A stretch of 64,000 nt of DNA from an uncultured cyanobacterium. GTDB lineage: Bacteria > Cyanobacteriota > Cyanobacteriia > Cyanobacteriales > Cyanobacteriaceae. The position numbers were made by a program, and so were the translations under genes. Location: contig CAVQBA010000007.1 in the NCBI GenBank assembly GCA_963710605.1, forward strand, positions 160,001-224,000, in the 5' to 3' direction. The notes under the pieces are model-generated. The model was not told where the DNA came from. It ran no database searches and saw nothing but the letters and a program-made list of their open reading frames with translations. Below are positions 41,434 through 50,565 of this stretch, one piece after another. How positions within the stretch are numbered: position 1 is the stretch's first letter; the number at the start of each line of letters is the position of its first letter.

Positions 41434-42432
41434 TTATCTTCCCCATTTAAAAATAGCCGCACCCCAAGTCAAACCAGCTCCAAAACCTGAAGTTGCGATC
41501 GTATCGCCTGATTTAATTTTGCCTTTTTGTACTGCTTCATCTAAAGCCAAAGGAATAGAAGCCGCACTGGTGTTACCATACTCACTTAAGTTAGAAATTA
41601 CTCTTGCTTCGTCAATTTTTAGTCTGGAAGCTACTGCTGAAATAATTCTTTGATTAGCTTGATGTAAAATTAACCAATCAACATCTTCTGTACTCAAATA
41701 TGATTTTGATAAAGCTTTTTCGATCACCTCTGGTACTTTACTCACTGCAAAACGATAAACCTCTCTACCATTCATCGTAATCGGAGTAAAGCCACCTTGA
41801 GTAACTTGTTTATCGCTACCGATATCAACGCTTTTTCCTTGATACGCCAAATTTAAACAACCGTTTAACTCACCATTACTGTGCATTTGAAAGCCTAAAA
41901 GGTTATCTTTGGTTAAACTAGCTTGACAGACCACTGCACCCGCACCATCACCGAATAATACACAAGTTGTCCTATCTTGCCAATCTACCCAACGAGATAA
42001 ACAATCAGCACCGATTACCACTATATTTTTGTAAACACCATTACGTAAAAATTGAGAAGCAGTTACCAGTGCAAAAACAAAACCCGAACAAGCGGCAGTC
42101 AAATCAAAAGCGACGGCTTTTGTCGCTCCAATCAAATGTTGTACTTTACTAGCACTACCAAACAAGTCATCGGGAGTAGAAGTAGCTAAAATAATTAAGT
42201 CAATCTCATCTGCGGTTAAACCAGCGTTAGCGATCGCTTTTTTTCCTGCTTCAGCCGCCAAATCACTAAGAGATTGAGTATCAGCAAGATGACGTTTTTT
42301 AATTCCTGTTCGGCTAGTTATCCAATCATCAGAGGTTTCCACAATTTTACTTAAATCATCATTACTGAGTATTTGTGGGCTAGTCGCCGAACCACTACCA
42401 ATAATAGTTACCCCGCTTTTTATTTGCTCCAA
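41434..42432 (-). CDS. fabH: 3-oxoacyl-ACP synthase III
   Basis: WITSRTGI, AACSGF, LFGDGAGA, HQANQRI, GNTSAAS, GAGLTWG. Confidence 0.97.
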   Translation of the reverse strand: MEQIKSGVTIIGSGSATSPQILSNDDLSKIVETSDDWITSRTGIKKRHLADTQSLSDLAAEAGKKAIANAGLTADEIDLIILATSTPDDLFGSASKVQHLIGATKAVAFDLTAACSGFVFALVTASQFLRNGVYKNIVVIGADCLSRWVDWQDRTTCVLFGDGAGAVVCQASLTKDNLLGFQMHSNGELNGCLNLAYQGKSVDIGSDKQVTQGGFTPITMNGREVYRFAVSKVPEVIEKALSKSYLSTEDVDWLILHQANQRIISAVASRLKIDEARVISNLSEYGNTSAASIPLALDEAVQKGKIKSGDTIATSGFGAGLTWGAAIFKWGR

Positions 42433-42624
42433 TGATTTTCTCCTTTGGCTTGACTATTTTAACTAGCAGATTTTGTTGTAGCTAGTTATTTAGATTATCA
42501 TAAGTTCACGGACAAAGAACGACGATCGATGGCTATTTTTTCTTGAAGTTCTTTGATTTTCGATTCTTATTTATTATTTATTATTTATTATTTATTGGTA
42601 AAGTCTTTTTTGTTATCTGTGTAT

Positions 42625-42709
42625 AACCCCTCTAAATCTCCCCTTGGGAAGGGGAGACTTGGGAACTTACTGACAACAACGATCGCAAATTTTATTTGAA
42701 TTGGTATTA
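42625..42709 (-). repeat. 36-bp hairpin module joined to a TAATACCAATTCAAAT-type end
   Basis: Reverse complement of 42625-42660 equals 12623-12658; 42665-42709 matches 14510-14554. Confidence 0.75.
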
Positions 42710-42785
42710 TCAAAAATTGACTGTAGGGGTGCAAGGTTTGCACCCACATCATCTTTGAAAAGTTCTACCCACAAACGATCGTCTA

Positions 42786-43982
42786 TCAATAATTTACTTT
42801 CTCGATCGGAAAGTTGACGGCAAAAGTAGAACCCTTTTTGAGATCAGATTTCAACTCTATTTCTCCTTTAAGTAAAAGAACTAACTTTTCAACAATAGCC
42901 AATCCTAAACCCGTACTATTTAGCAAAGCATCATCTTTAGTTTTAATTCTAAAATAAGGTTCAAAAATTTGTGTCTGTGCTTTATTCGTAAGCCCTATTC
43001 CAGTATCAACAACCATAATTGACCATCTGTGATTCTCATTCGTTTGGCAAATTACAGTAATCGTTCCCGATTCAGTGTAGCGGATGGCGTTACTAATCAA
43101 ATTAGTAATAATTTGCCTCAATTTTATCCGATCGGTAAAAACGAATTGAGGAGCACCCTCGCAAACAGTTATTATCTCTAACTCTTTTTCTTTGGCAGAA
43201 GGCTCAAAGGCTTCTGTAACGGTAGTAATTAAAGTTTTGACGTTAACTGATTCTATATTTAGCTGAATTTTTCCCGATTCATAGCGAGAAATTTCTAAAG
43301 TATCATTAATTAAGCGTAGTAATTGTTTGCTGTTACTCATTACTCTCTGGGTTAGCTTCAAATTAAGAGACATATCTTCTCCTTTAGTCATTTTTTTTTG
43401 CTGTTTTAATAACAGCTCTGAAAAACCCATAATTGAGGTGAGAGGAGTTTTTAACTCGTGTGCCATATGAGAAAGATCTTCTTTTTGTGCATCCACAAGG
43501 CGTGTCAATTCTTGATTGGTGAGAATTAATTGGGCGTGTAATTGTTCTAATTCTCTTAATCTGACTTTAACAAAACTTTCTAAGGAAAAAGCAATAATTC
43601 GATCGATTACTGAATTAATCAGTTTAGCGATCGAAAGTGCTTCAAAAACAGAGTAAGCAATTAAATCTGGTTCTAAAACAGAGAGTATAATTTCACGTAA
43701 TAAACCATATTCGCGCATAATTTCGGCGATGTCGTAGCCTTGCTCTGCTCTAACTATCCCGTGCTGTAAACTTTTGTCTTCAAGTTCTTCTGGCTTATCA
43801 GTTAAAGAAGAAGATAGTAAAGTAGCCAGAGCTTTTAAAACTAAAGGAATACTATTTCTTACCGATTGATATGCTAAACCCTTCGCACTCTCAATGTCCA
43901 AATCGTCACGAATGCTAACAATCCAGCTTTCAATAATTAATTCAGATTTAGTTAGTAGTACTTTACCAATATCTTCGCTCAT
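42786..43982 (-). CDS. Cytoplasmic sensor histidine kinase with RsbRD-like N-terminal domain (start probably ATG 43982)
   Basis: HG..RAEQGYDI..I.REY; AHELKTPL, NLISNAIRYT, DTGIG, GLGLAIV. Confidence 0.9.
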   Translation of the reverse strand: MSEDIGKVLLTKSELIIESWIVSIRDDLDIESAKGLAYQSVRNSIPLVLKALATLLSSSLTDKPEELEDKSLQHGIVRAEQGYDIAEIMREYGLLREIILSVLEPDLIAYSVFEALSIAKLINSVIDRIIAFSLESFVKVRLRELEQLHAQLILTNQELTRLVDAQKEDLSHMAHELKTPLTSIMGFSELLLKQQKKMTKGEDMSLNLKLTQRVMSNSKQLLRLINDTLEISRYESGKIQLNIESVNVKTLITTVTEAFEPSAKEKELEIITVCEGAPQFVFTDRIKLRQIITNLISNAIRYTESGTITVICQTNENHRWSIMVVDTGIGLTNKAQTQIFEPYFRIKTKDDALLNSTGLGLAIVEKLVLLLKGEIELKSDLKKGSTFAVNFPIEKVNY

Positions 43983-44162
43983 AATAATCACCAAGTTTTC
44001 TGTTTTATTAATAGCAAAATTATAAAGTTCGGCTTTTAAAAAATATTTATATCTATCAAACATCACCTTAGTTCAGATTAACAAAAAAACAGATAAAAAG
44101 AAGTTGTGTTTTCTCTTTACCTGTTCGTTGTTTAGTTTGTAGTTTTTAAGTCGTAACGATTC

Positions 44163-44270
44163 TAATATCAATTCAAATAAAGCTTACAACAGTTAATGTT
44201 AGCAAGTCTCCCAAAATTGAGGGATTTAGTCTATGCTTAATCTATCTTTTTATTTTTTGAATTTGGTGTA
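44163..44270. mobile_element. Miniature element, ATACCAATTCAAA family
   Basis: TAATATCAATTCAAATAAAG ... TTTTTTGAATTTGGTGTA with a degenerate hairpin. Confidence 0.55.
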
Positions 44271-44271
44271 A

Positions 44272-46584
44272 TTAATTAGCACAAGCTGTACATTCTTCTT
44301 TAAATGAGTCTCTTTGAACGATACGAACGTAATAGACAGCTTTACATCCTTTTTCCCAAGACATAATCAAAGTATCAAAAATATCTTTAGCTTTTAACGC
44401 TCTTTCTTCTTCATTGACAAAATAAACTCCTTGATTGAGGTTGAAGAGTAATTCCATTGAAATACCTGTATCAATCCATTGTTGAATTGTAGCGATCGCT
44501 TTTACTACTTCATCTTGATGGAGATTTTTGTTTTCTTGATAAAACCAATATTTATCACTAATATAAGGAGGTGCAATCGGTACTGTACCTTTTGCCCACT
44601 TATCATAGAAAAATCTACTATACACAGGCAACACACTTGCAGTACATCCTTGAACTAAAGATGAAGATGTATTGGGTGCGATCGCACTAATATGTGAGTT
44701 ACGAATCCCATGTTGTTGAATATCTAATGATAATTGTTGCCAACGAGATTTACTATAGGCATTTTCTTCAAACCATTCTACTGGCTTACAACCAATCAAC
44801 AATCCTTTACTCCAATCGCTATTTTCAAAAGCAGGATAAGCACCTCTTTCAGTTGCTAGTTTCATTGAAGCATGAGTACAATAATAACCAATATCTTCAA
44901 ATAAATTACTAATTTCACTCAGGTTACTATATCTTAGTTCTCGTTTTGCTAACCAATCAGCTAACCCCATCGCTCCTACACCAATGGTACGATAACGATC
45001 GTTATGTGCCTTGGCATCATCAAAAGGTGGTTTGGTAATTTCGATCGTATTATCTAAGATTCTCACTGCTAAATTACAGGCAGATTCAATTACCGTGTCA
45101 TCTAAATTAGCTAAATTGAGTGAAACCAAATTACAACAATGAGCATGTTTACCAGGGGTAACATTAGAAAAAGATTCGGTACATAAATTGACACCGGGTA
45201 TATAACCATCGTGTTTATTAGGATTAGCTCTATTAATAGTATCTTTAAAAGCTAAGTAAGGCATTCCTGTCTCAACTTGTGCTTTCATTATTTCTTTGAA
45301 TAATTCTCTAGCACTGACTTTTTTGTAAAGTTTGATTCTACTGTCTAAACTTGCTTCAATGACAGAGTATGCTTCGTCAAATTCTTTGCCCCATAAAGGT
45401 GCTAAATTAATACCTAAATTCTGTTGTACTTCATAAGGATCGATTAAAGTCCATTCTTGCTTATTTTGTACTCGACGCATAAATTCATCGGCGATTACCA
45501 ACTGAGGGAAAACATCATATGCTTTGCGACGTTGATCACCATTTTCGGTTTGCATTTCCAAAAATTCGGGTACATCTAAATGCCAAATGTCTAAACCTAC
45601 GGTGACTGCACCTGCTCGTCTTCCTCCTTGATTGACGGCAATGGCTGTGTCGTTAAGTAATTTAATCCAAGGTATAACACCTCCTGAAGCGTTGTTTTTA
45701 CCCATCACAGCACTACCTGTGGCTCGGATTCTCGATACATTAACTCCTACTCCACCACCATTTTTAGAAATACGAGCAGTATTAGTTATTTCTCTAAAAA
45801 TACTTTCTAAGTTGTCATCGGTACTAACAATAAAGCAACTAGTTAATGAACCGTTAGGTACTCTTAAGTTTGCTAGAATTGGTGTAGCTAAAGAAATACG
45901 TCTAGATGCGATCGCTTCATAAAATTGACGTGCGTAATGTAATCTTGTCTCAGGTGCTTCCACCATTGCCAACAACAAAGCACAAGTTAAGAAAGCTTCT
46001 TGAGGTAACTCATCATCAAGTAAATAACGATTAGTCAGTAAAACTCCTCCTGCATAATCATAATCTAAATCCCAGTCAGGGTTAATCCAACTACCTGCTT
46101 CTTTTAATTGAGCTATAGAATAACTAGTTAAAATACGATCGTCATATTTACCTTGAGCAACAAAATCACTCACTGTTTGTTCATAATTGCCGTAATTATA
46201 ACCACGACTAACTAAAATTTCTTTCCATAAACTCCAAATGTGTAAACGCCCCGCTACATAACGCCAATCGGGTTGTTCTATATCACATAATTCTAAAGCA
46301 CAATTGATTAAATTATCTTGAATTTCTCGGGTGGTAATTCCATCACGTAAACGAGTTTTTAACCCCGATTCTAAAGCAATTGAATTCACTTGTTTGTTAT
46401 TACAAGCCCAATCGACAACTTTTCTAATTTTACTAATATCAAGAAAAGCAGATTTACCACATCTTTTGATTACTTCTATTTTATTCTGACTAACATTTTG
46501 CGTTTCTAAATTATGATGATTACTTTGACTACTTTTTTCGGAAAACTGACTAGATATTGTCTTTGCTTGGGTCTCGAATAACAT
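44272..46584 (-). CDS. nrdA: Class I ribonucleoside-diphosphate reductase alpha subunit with ATP cone
   Basis: VIKR.G ATP cone, ATP.LAN, SCF, QGGRRAGA, NLCTE, APNTSSS, YY, C-terminal CTAC. Confidence 0.95.
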   Translation of the reverse strand: MLFETQAKTISSQFSEKSSQSNHHNLETQNVSQNKIEVIKRCGKSAFLDISKIRKVVDWACNNKQVNSIALESGLKTRLRDGITTREIQDNLINCALELCDIEQPDWRYVAGRLHIWSLWKEILVSRGYNYGNYEQTVSDFVAQGKYDDRILTSYSIAQLKEAGSWINPDWDLDYDYAGGVLLTNRYLLDDELPQEAFLTCALLLAMVEAPETRLHYARQFYEAIASRRISLATPILANLRVPNGSLTSCFIVSTDDNLESIFREITNTARISKNGGGVGVNVSRIRATGSAVMGKNNASGGVIPWIKLLNDTAIAVNQGGRRAGAVTVGLDIWHLDVPEFLEMQTENGDQRRKAYDVFPQLVIADEFMRRVQNKQEWTLIDPYEVQQNLGINLAPLWGKEFDEAYSVIEASLDSRIKLYKKVSARELFKEIMKAQVETGMPYLAFKDTINRANPNKHDGYIPGVNLCTESFSNVTPGKHAHCCNLVSLNLANLDDTVIESACNLAVRILDNTIEITKPPFDDAKAHNDRYRTIGVGAMGLADWLAKRELRYSNLSEISNLFEDIGYYCTHASMKLATERGAYPAFENSDWSKGLLIGCKPVEWFEENAYSKSRWQQLSLDIQQHGIRNSHISAIAPNTSSSLVQGCTASVLPVYSRFFYDKWAKGTVPIAPPYISDKYWFYQENKNLHQDEVVKAIATIQQWIDTGISMELLFNLNQGVYFVNEEERALKAKDIFDTLIMSWEKGCKAVYYVRIVQRDSFKEECTACAN

Positions 46585-46658
46585 TACTTACGCCTCTCTC
46601 CGTTGTAAGTATTTCTACTCAACAAATTTGACTATTTTTTTTGTTCTTTTAATTTTAT

Positions 46659-46705
46659 ACCACATATATAGAGTGAATGAAAGTTACATACACCATATGT
46701 ATTTT
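46659..46705. promoter_or_regulatory. Tandem NrdR boxes
   Basis: ACCACATATATAGAGT (46659) and ACACCATATGTATTTT (46690), each about 12/16 to acaCwAtATaTwGtgt, 31 bp apart. Confidence 0.65.
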
Positions 46706-46847
46706 TTAGTCAATAAAATTAAATACTTATTTTCAAAAAAAAATGAGGTATAATTCTCAATATTTGCTCACAAGTTTCTCTAAATCAGTAAGGTTAATCA
46801 TAGCAAGTTTTTTCTTAACTAGATCTTAATTTTTTGTAATGGATTTA

Positions 46848-46992
46848 GGAGTCAGGAGTCAGGAGAAAGTAACAAGTAACAAGTAACAAGTAACAAGTAA
46901 AAAGCTTTAACAGTTAATAGTTAAAAGTTAATAGTTGTTTTTTTACCAATTCTTAATTCGCAATTCTCCATTCAACGAACCACCTAAAACCT
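46848..46992. repeat. Heptamer arrays plus ACCAATTCT...ATTCAACGAACCACCTAA tail
   Basis: GGAGTCA, AAGTAAC and AGTTAA(T/A) units; tail repeated at 48971-49019. Confidence 0.75.
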
Positions 46993-47128
46993 CACTCTTT
47001 CATTCTCGCACTGAAGAATTCTACTTGATGCTGAGAAATTGGAGTTTAATTTATTAGAGGGTATCTATTAGCCTTATAATGAGAATTCAAGGCGGGTTTG
47101 CTGATCACATTTTTACGATAATTTACAC

Positions 47129-47156
47129 TGTCTCAAACTTAATTAAAATGACTATA
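47129..47156. repeat. Solo TGTC-N19-CTATA element end
   Basis: 47127-47144 is the exact reverse complement of 63126-63143. Confidence 0.65.
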
Positions 47157-47304
47157 ATTTTAATTGTGGGCAAAATAAATGGGTGCGATCGAAATGCACC
47201 CTAAATATATAGATATGTTAAATTATTGAATTAGTCTTTAATTCTCCCCGAATAATTGCAAAGCAAGAATTCATCTCCATTTTCCATTCTCAATGACCAA
47301 AGGC

Positions 47305-48423
47305 TTATCCGCCAAAAGCGATCGGAAAAGCTAGTTTTAAAGCGGCAGTTAAAAGTAGGTTAACTAAAGCTATAGGTAAGAGAAATTTCCAGCCTAAATC
47401 AAGCAATTGATCGATTCTGACACGGGGTACAGTCCAACGTAATAAAACGGCAATAAAGACTAAAAAATAAGCTTTAAGAACCATCATGGTGATACCCAAT
47501 GAAGCGGTAATAACTTGTAACCAAGGAGTTGTTTCGCTAACACCTATCCAGTTAGAAAGATTATCTAAAGGAATCGGAAATTCCCAACCACCTAAATACA
47601 AGATAGCAACAACTAACGCAGATAAAACGAGGTTAACATAAGAGCCAACGTAGAATAAACCAAATTTCATTCCTGAATACTCGGTTTGATAACCTGCCAC
47701 TAATTCTTCTTCTGCTTCTGGTAAATCAAAAGGTAAACGTTCACACTCAGCTAGTGCTGAAATCCAAAAAATAAGAAATCCGACTGGTTGTCGCCAAATA
47801 TTCCAACCTAAAATACCATAACCTGATTGTTGTTCGACAATATCGATCGTACTCAAACTATTAGACATCATTGCTATTGCTAAAACAGCTAAAGCTAGAG
47901 GTATTTCGTAACTAATTGATTGTGCCGCCGCACGTAGTCCCCCTAAAAGGGCGTATTTGTTATTAGAAGCATAACCTGACATCAATAAACCGATTGGGGC
48001 AATACTTGAAAGAGAAATCCAAATAAAAATACCCATGTTCAAATCGGTAATTACCAAATTTTGACCAAAAGGTACGATTAAATAAGATAAAAATACGGGG
48101 ATAACGACGATCGCAGGACCTAAAGTAAATAATATACTATCAGCTTTAGCAGGGATAATATCTTCTTTGAATACTAATTTCATCCCGTCAGCTACAGGTT
48201 GTAATACGCCCAAAGGACCAGCGTATTCAGGACCAATTCTTTGTTGAGCGGCGGCTGATATTTTTCTTTCTAACCAAACCGAAACTAAGACTCCGACAGT
48301 AGCACCAATAATCATCAAAATTAGAGGTAAAGGAATCCAGAAAAGTTTAGCTAATTGTGAAGAGAATCCTAAATCTGTAAGAGAATTAATAAAACTCCCT
48401 TGTAAATCAATTCCTGAGTTCAT
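47305..48423 (-). CDS. ndhA: NAD(P)H-quinone oxidoreductase subunit 1
   Basis: [52 protein letters not shown]. Confidence 0.98.
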   Translation of the reverse strand: MNSGIDLQGSFINSLTDLGFSSQLAKLFWIPLPLILMIIGATVGVLVSVWLERKISAAAQQRIGPEYAGPLGVLQPVADGMKLVFKEDIIPAKADSILFTLGPAIVVIPVFLSYLIVPFGQNLVITDLNMGIFIWISLSSIAPIGLLMSGYASNNKYALLGGLRAAAQSISYEIPLALAVLAIAMMSNSLSTIDIVEQQSGYGILGWNIWRQPVGFLIFWISALAECERLPFDLPEAEEELVAGYQTEYSGMKFGLFYVGSYVNLVLSALVVAILYLGGWEFPIPLDNLSNWIGVSETTPWLQVITASLGITMMVLKAYFLVFIAVLLRWTVPRVRIDQLLDLGWKFLLPIALVNLLLTAALKLAFPIAFGG

Positions 48424-48507
48424 TGTTGATAATTTGCTCTCTTTAAATTTTTAAGTTCTGTTATATTTATTAACTTATGTTATTTTAGGCGTTTTATTGC
48501 TCAATTA

Positions 48508-48888
48508 TCAATTTGATTGTTCTACATCGGTTTTTGCCGAAGGGTTTATTTGATCAATTAATTGTATTAGCTGATCTCCTTTTTCTAAGGAAGAATCTTG
48601 AATAAAATGAATTTCTGGCGTATGACGAAGGCGTATTTTTTGCCCTAGAGATCTTCTAACATAACCTGTACAGGCTGTTAAACCCGCCATGGTTTCTTCT
48701 TGTGCTTTTTTTGTTCCATAAATACTTACAAATACTTTAGCGTGTTGTAAGTCTCCAGACATATCAACATCAGTAATACTGACTAATCCAGAACCAACTC
48801 TGTCATCTTTAATTCCGCTAATTAGCATTTGGCTAATTTCTCTTTTAATTAATGATGATACTTTTTCTACTCGACGACTATTTGCCAT
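48508..48888 (-). CDS. rbfA: 30S ribosome-binding factor A
   Basis: [36 protein letters not shown]. Confidence 0.96.
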   Translation of the reverse strand: MANSRRVEKVSSLIKREISQMLISGIKDDRVGSGLVSITDVDMSGDLQHAKVFVSIYGTKKAQEETMAGLTACTGYVRRSLGQKIRLRHTPEIHFIQDSSLEKGDQLIQLIDQINPSAKTDVEQSN

Positions 48889-48917
48889 TTTCTTTTCTTA
48901 AATTAATGAATACAAGT

Positions 48918-49019
48918 TTTAACAGTTAAAAGTTAAGAGTTAAGAGTTAAGAGTTAAGATTTAAAAGTTATTTTTTACCAATTCTCTTACTGAACAATTC
49001 AACGAACCACCTAATACCT
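48918..49019. repeat. Second heptamer-array plus tail composite repeat
   Basis: (AGTTAAG)n then TTTTTTACCAATTCT...ATTCAACGAACCACCTAA. Confidence 0.75.
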
Positions 49020-49027
49020 ATTTCTGT

Positions 49028-49231
49028 CTAAACCACATTTAATCCTAACATCGCTTTAAGAGTAAAGTACAAAAAGCAAAAAACACCGATAATTAAGCCA
49101 CTTAAAGCAGTAGCCGTGACAGGATTTTTAAATAATGGTTGAATTTGCTCCCAAAAGAAAATAAAGATTCCTAAAATTAAACTCACCATATAACGGGGAT
49201 AACGTGAGATATTTTCCCAAAAACCATCCAT
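49028..49231 (-). CDS. ycf33: DUF751 (Ycf33) family protein
   Basis: FWENISRYPRY, FTLKAMLG; next to rbfA. Confidence 0.8.
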   Translation of the reverse strand: MDGFWENISRYPRYMVSLILGIFIFFWEQIQPLFKNPVTATALSGLIIGVFCFLYFTLKAMLGLNVV

Positions 49232-49451
49232 AGTTATTAAATTTTTTATTTTATTTACAATAGTTATACAGTTCTATTCTAATTGACAAGAGCGATCGTG
49301 ATCGAGTCTTGAAGTAAAACTTACTTTGATCACTCACCTAAGTTATTATATTTTTCTCAAAAATTGGTGTCAAACAAAATTATTCGCTAAATTAAATTTA
49401 ACTCCAAAATAACTTGTAAACGTCGAAAACGATCGCCACTTATTCTCAAGT

Positions 49452-49499
49452 ATTGAATATAATCTATTTTTATACTAAAATATATTGACTAAAGTCTAT
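49452..49499. promoter_or_regulatory. Two putative NdhR/CcmR operators (ATTG-N8-CTAT)
   Basis: ATTGAATATAATCTAT at 49452 and ATTGACTAAAGTCTAT at 49484; NdhR consensus is ATAG-N8-CTAT. Confidence 0.6.
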
Positions 49500-49550
49500 C
49501 TATTGATTATGATCGGTAAGGTAATATGCAAATTATTTAGGAGAAGATGT

Positions 49551-50450
49551 TTGATTCAGGCAACACTACATCAACTAAAAGTATTTGAAACAACTGCTCG
49601 TTTGGCAAGTTTTACCAAAGCCGCAGAAGAATTAAGCATAACCCAGCCAACAGTTTCAAGTCAAATCAAACAATTAACTAAAGTTGTTGGTTTACCTTTA
49701 TTTGAGCAAATAGGGAAGCAACTTTATCTAACTGATGCAGGAAAAGAGTTACTCAATACCTGTAAAGAAGTGTTTTCTTCTTTGGATAATCTACAAATGA
49801 AAATTGCTGATTTTAAAGGTACAAAGGAAGGAAAATTACGTTTGTCAGTAATTACTACAGCTACTTACTTTATTCCTCGTTTATTAGGCTCATTTTGCCA
49901 GAAGTATCCATCTATTGATGTTTCTTTACAAGTAACTAATCATGAGCAGATGCGTACCAGAATGCAAAAAAACGAAGATGACTTATATATATTGAGCCAA
50001 CCACCTCAAGACATTGACTTAAAAACCCAACCTTTTATTGAAAATCCTTTAGTAGTAGTTGCTAAAAATGATCATGATTTAACTCATAAAAATAAAATTT
50101 CTCTAACCGATTTACAACCATATCCTTTTATTATGCGTGAATCTGGCTCAGGTACTCGTAAAGCAGTAGAAGATTTGTTTGAAACTCATAATATAGATAT
50201 CAAAGTTCGTTTGGAGTTAGGTAGTAACGAAGCAATAAAACAAGCTATTGCAGGTGATCTTGGTATTTCTGTTCTTTCTAAACATAGTTTAACTTCTCCA
50301 TGGCATAATGATTTAGCGATCGTTGATGTTGAACATTTTCCGATACCTCGTCATTGGTATATCACTTATTTAGCTGGAAAACAATTATCTGTTATTGCTC
50401 AAACTTTTTTAGATTTTTTAATTGAGAAAAGTAAGTTAATTGAGCCTTAA
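49551..50450 (+). CDS. ndhR: LysR regulator NdhR/CcmR (start probably TTG 49551)
   Basis: QATLHQLKVFE, ITQPTVSSQIKQL, VTNHEQ..RMQ.NEDDLYI, LAGKQLSVI match Synechocystis NdhR as recalled; AGGAG at 49539. Confidence 0.88.
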   Translation: MIQATLHQLKVFETTARLASFTKAAEELSITQPTVSSQIKQLTKVVGLPLFEQIGKQLYLTDAGKELLNTCKEVFSSLDNLQMKIADFKGTKEGKLRLSVITTATYFIPRLLGSFCQKYPSIDVSLQVTNHEQMRTRMQKNEDDLYILSQPPQDIDLKTQPFIENPLVVVAKNDHDLTHKNKISLTDLQPYPFIMRESGSGTRKAVEDLFETHNIDIKVRLELGSNEAIKQAIAGDLGISVLSKHSLTSPWHNDLAIVDVEHFPIPRHWYITYLAGKQLSVIAQTFLDFLIEKSKLIEP

Positions 50451-50488
50451 AAGTTAAGAGTTAAAAGTTAAAAGTTAAAAGTTAAAAG
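50448..50488. repeat. Heptamer tandem repeat (TAAAAGT)n
   Basis: About 6 units. Confidence 0.8.
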
Positions 50489-50565
50489 TGTTAATAGATG
50501 ATAGTTATCAGGTATCAAGAGTTAAAAGCTAACAGCTAATAGCTAAAAGCTAGAAACTGATTGAC

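Noticed and set aside
46605..46618. NtcA box GTA-N8-TAC upstream of nrdA
   Set aside because: A single minimal match in AT-rich DNA without supporting promoter geometry
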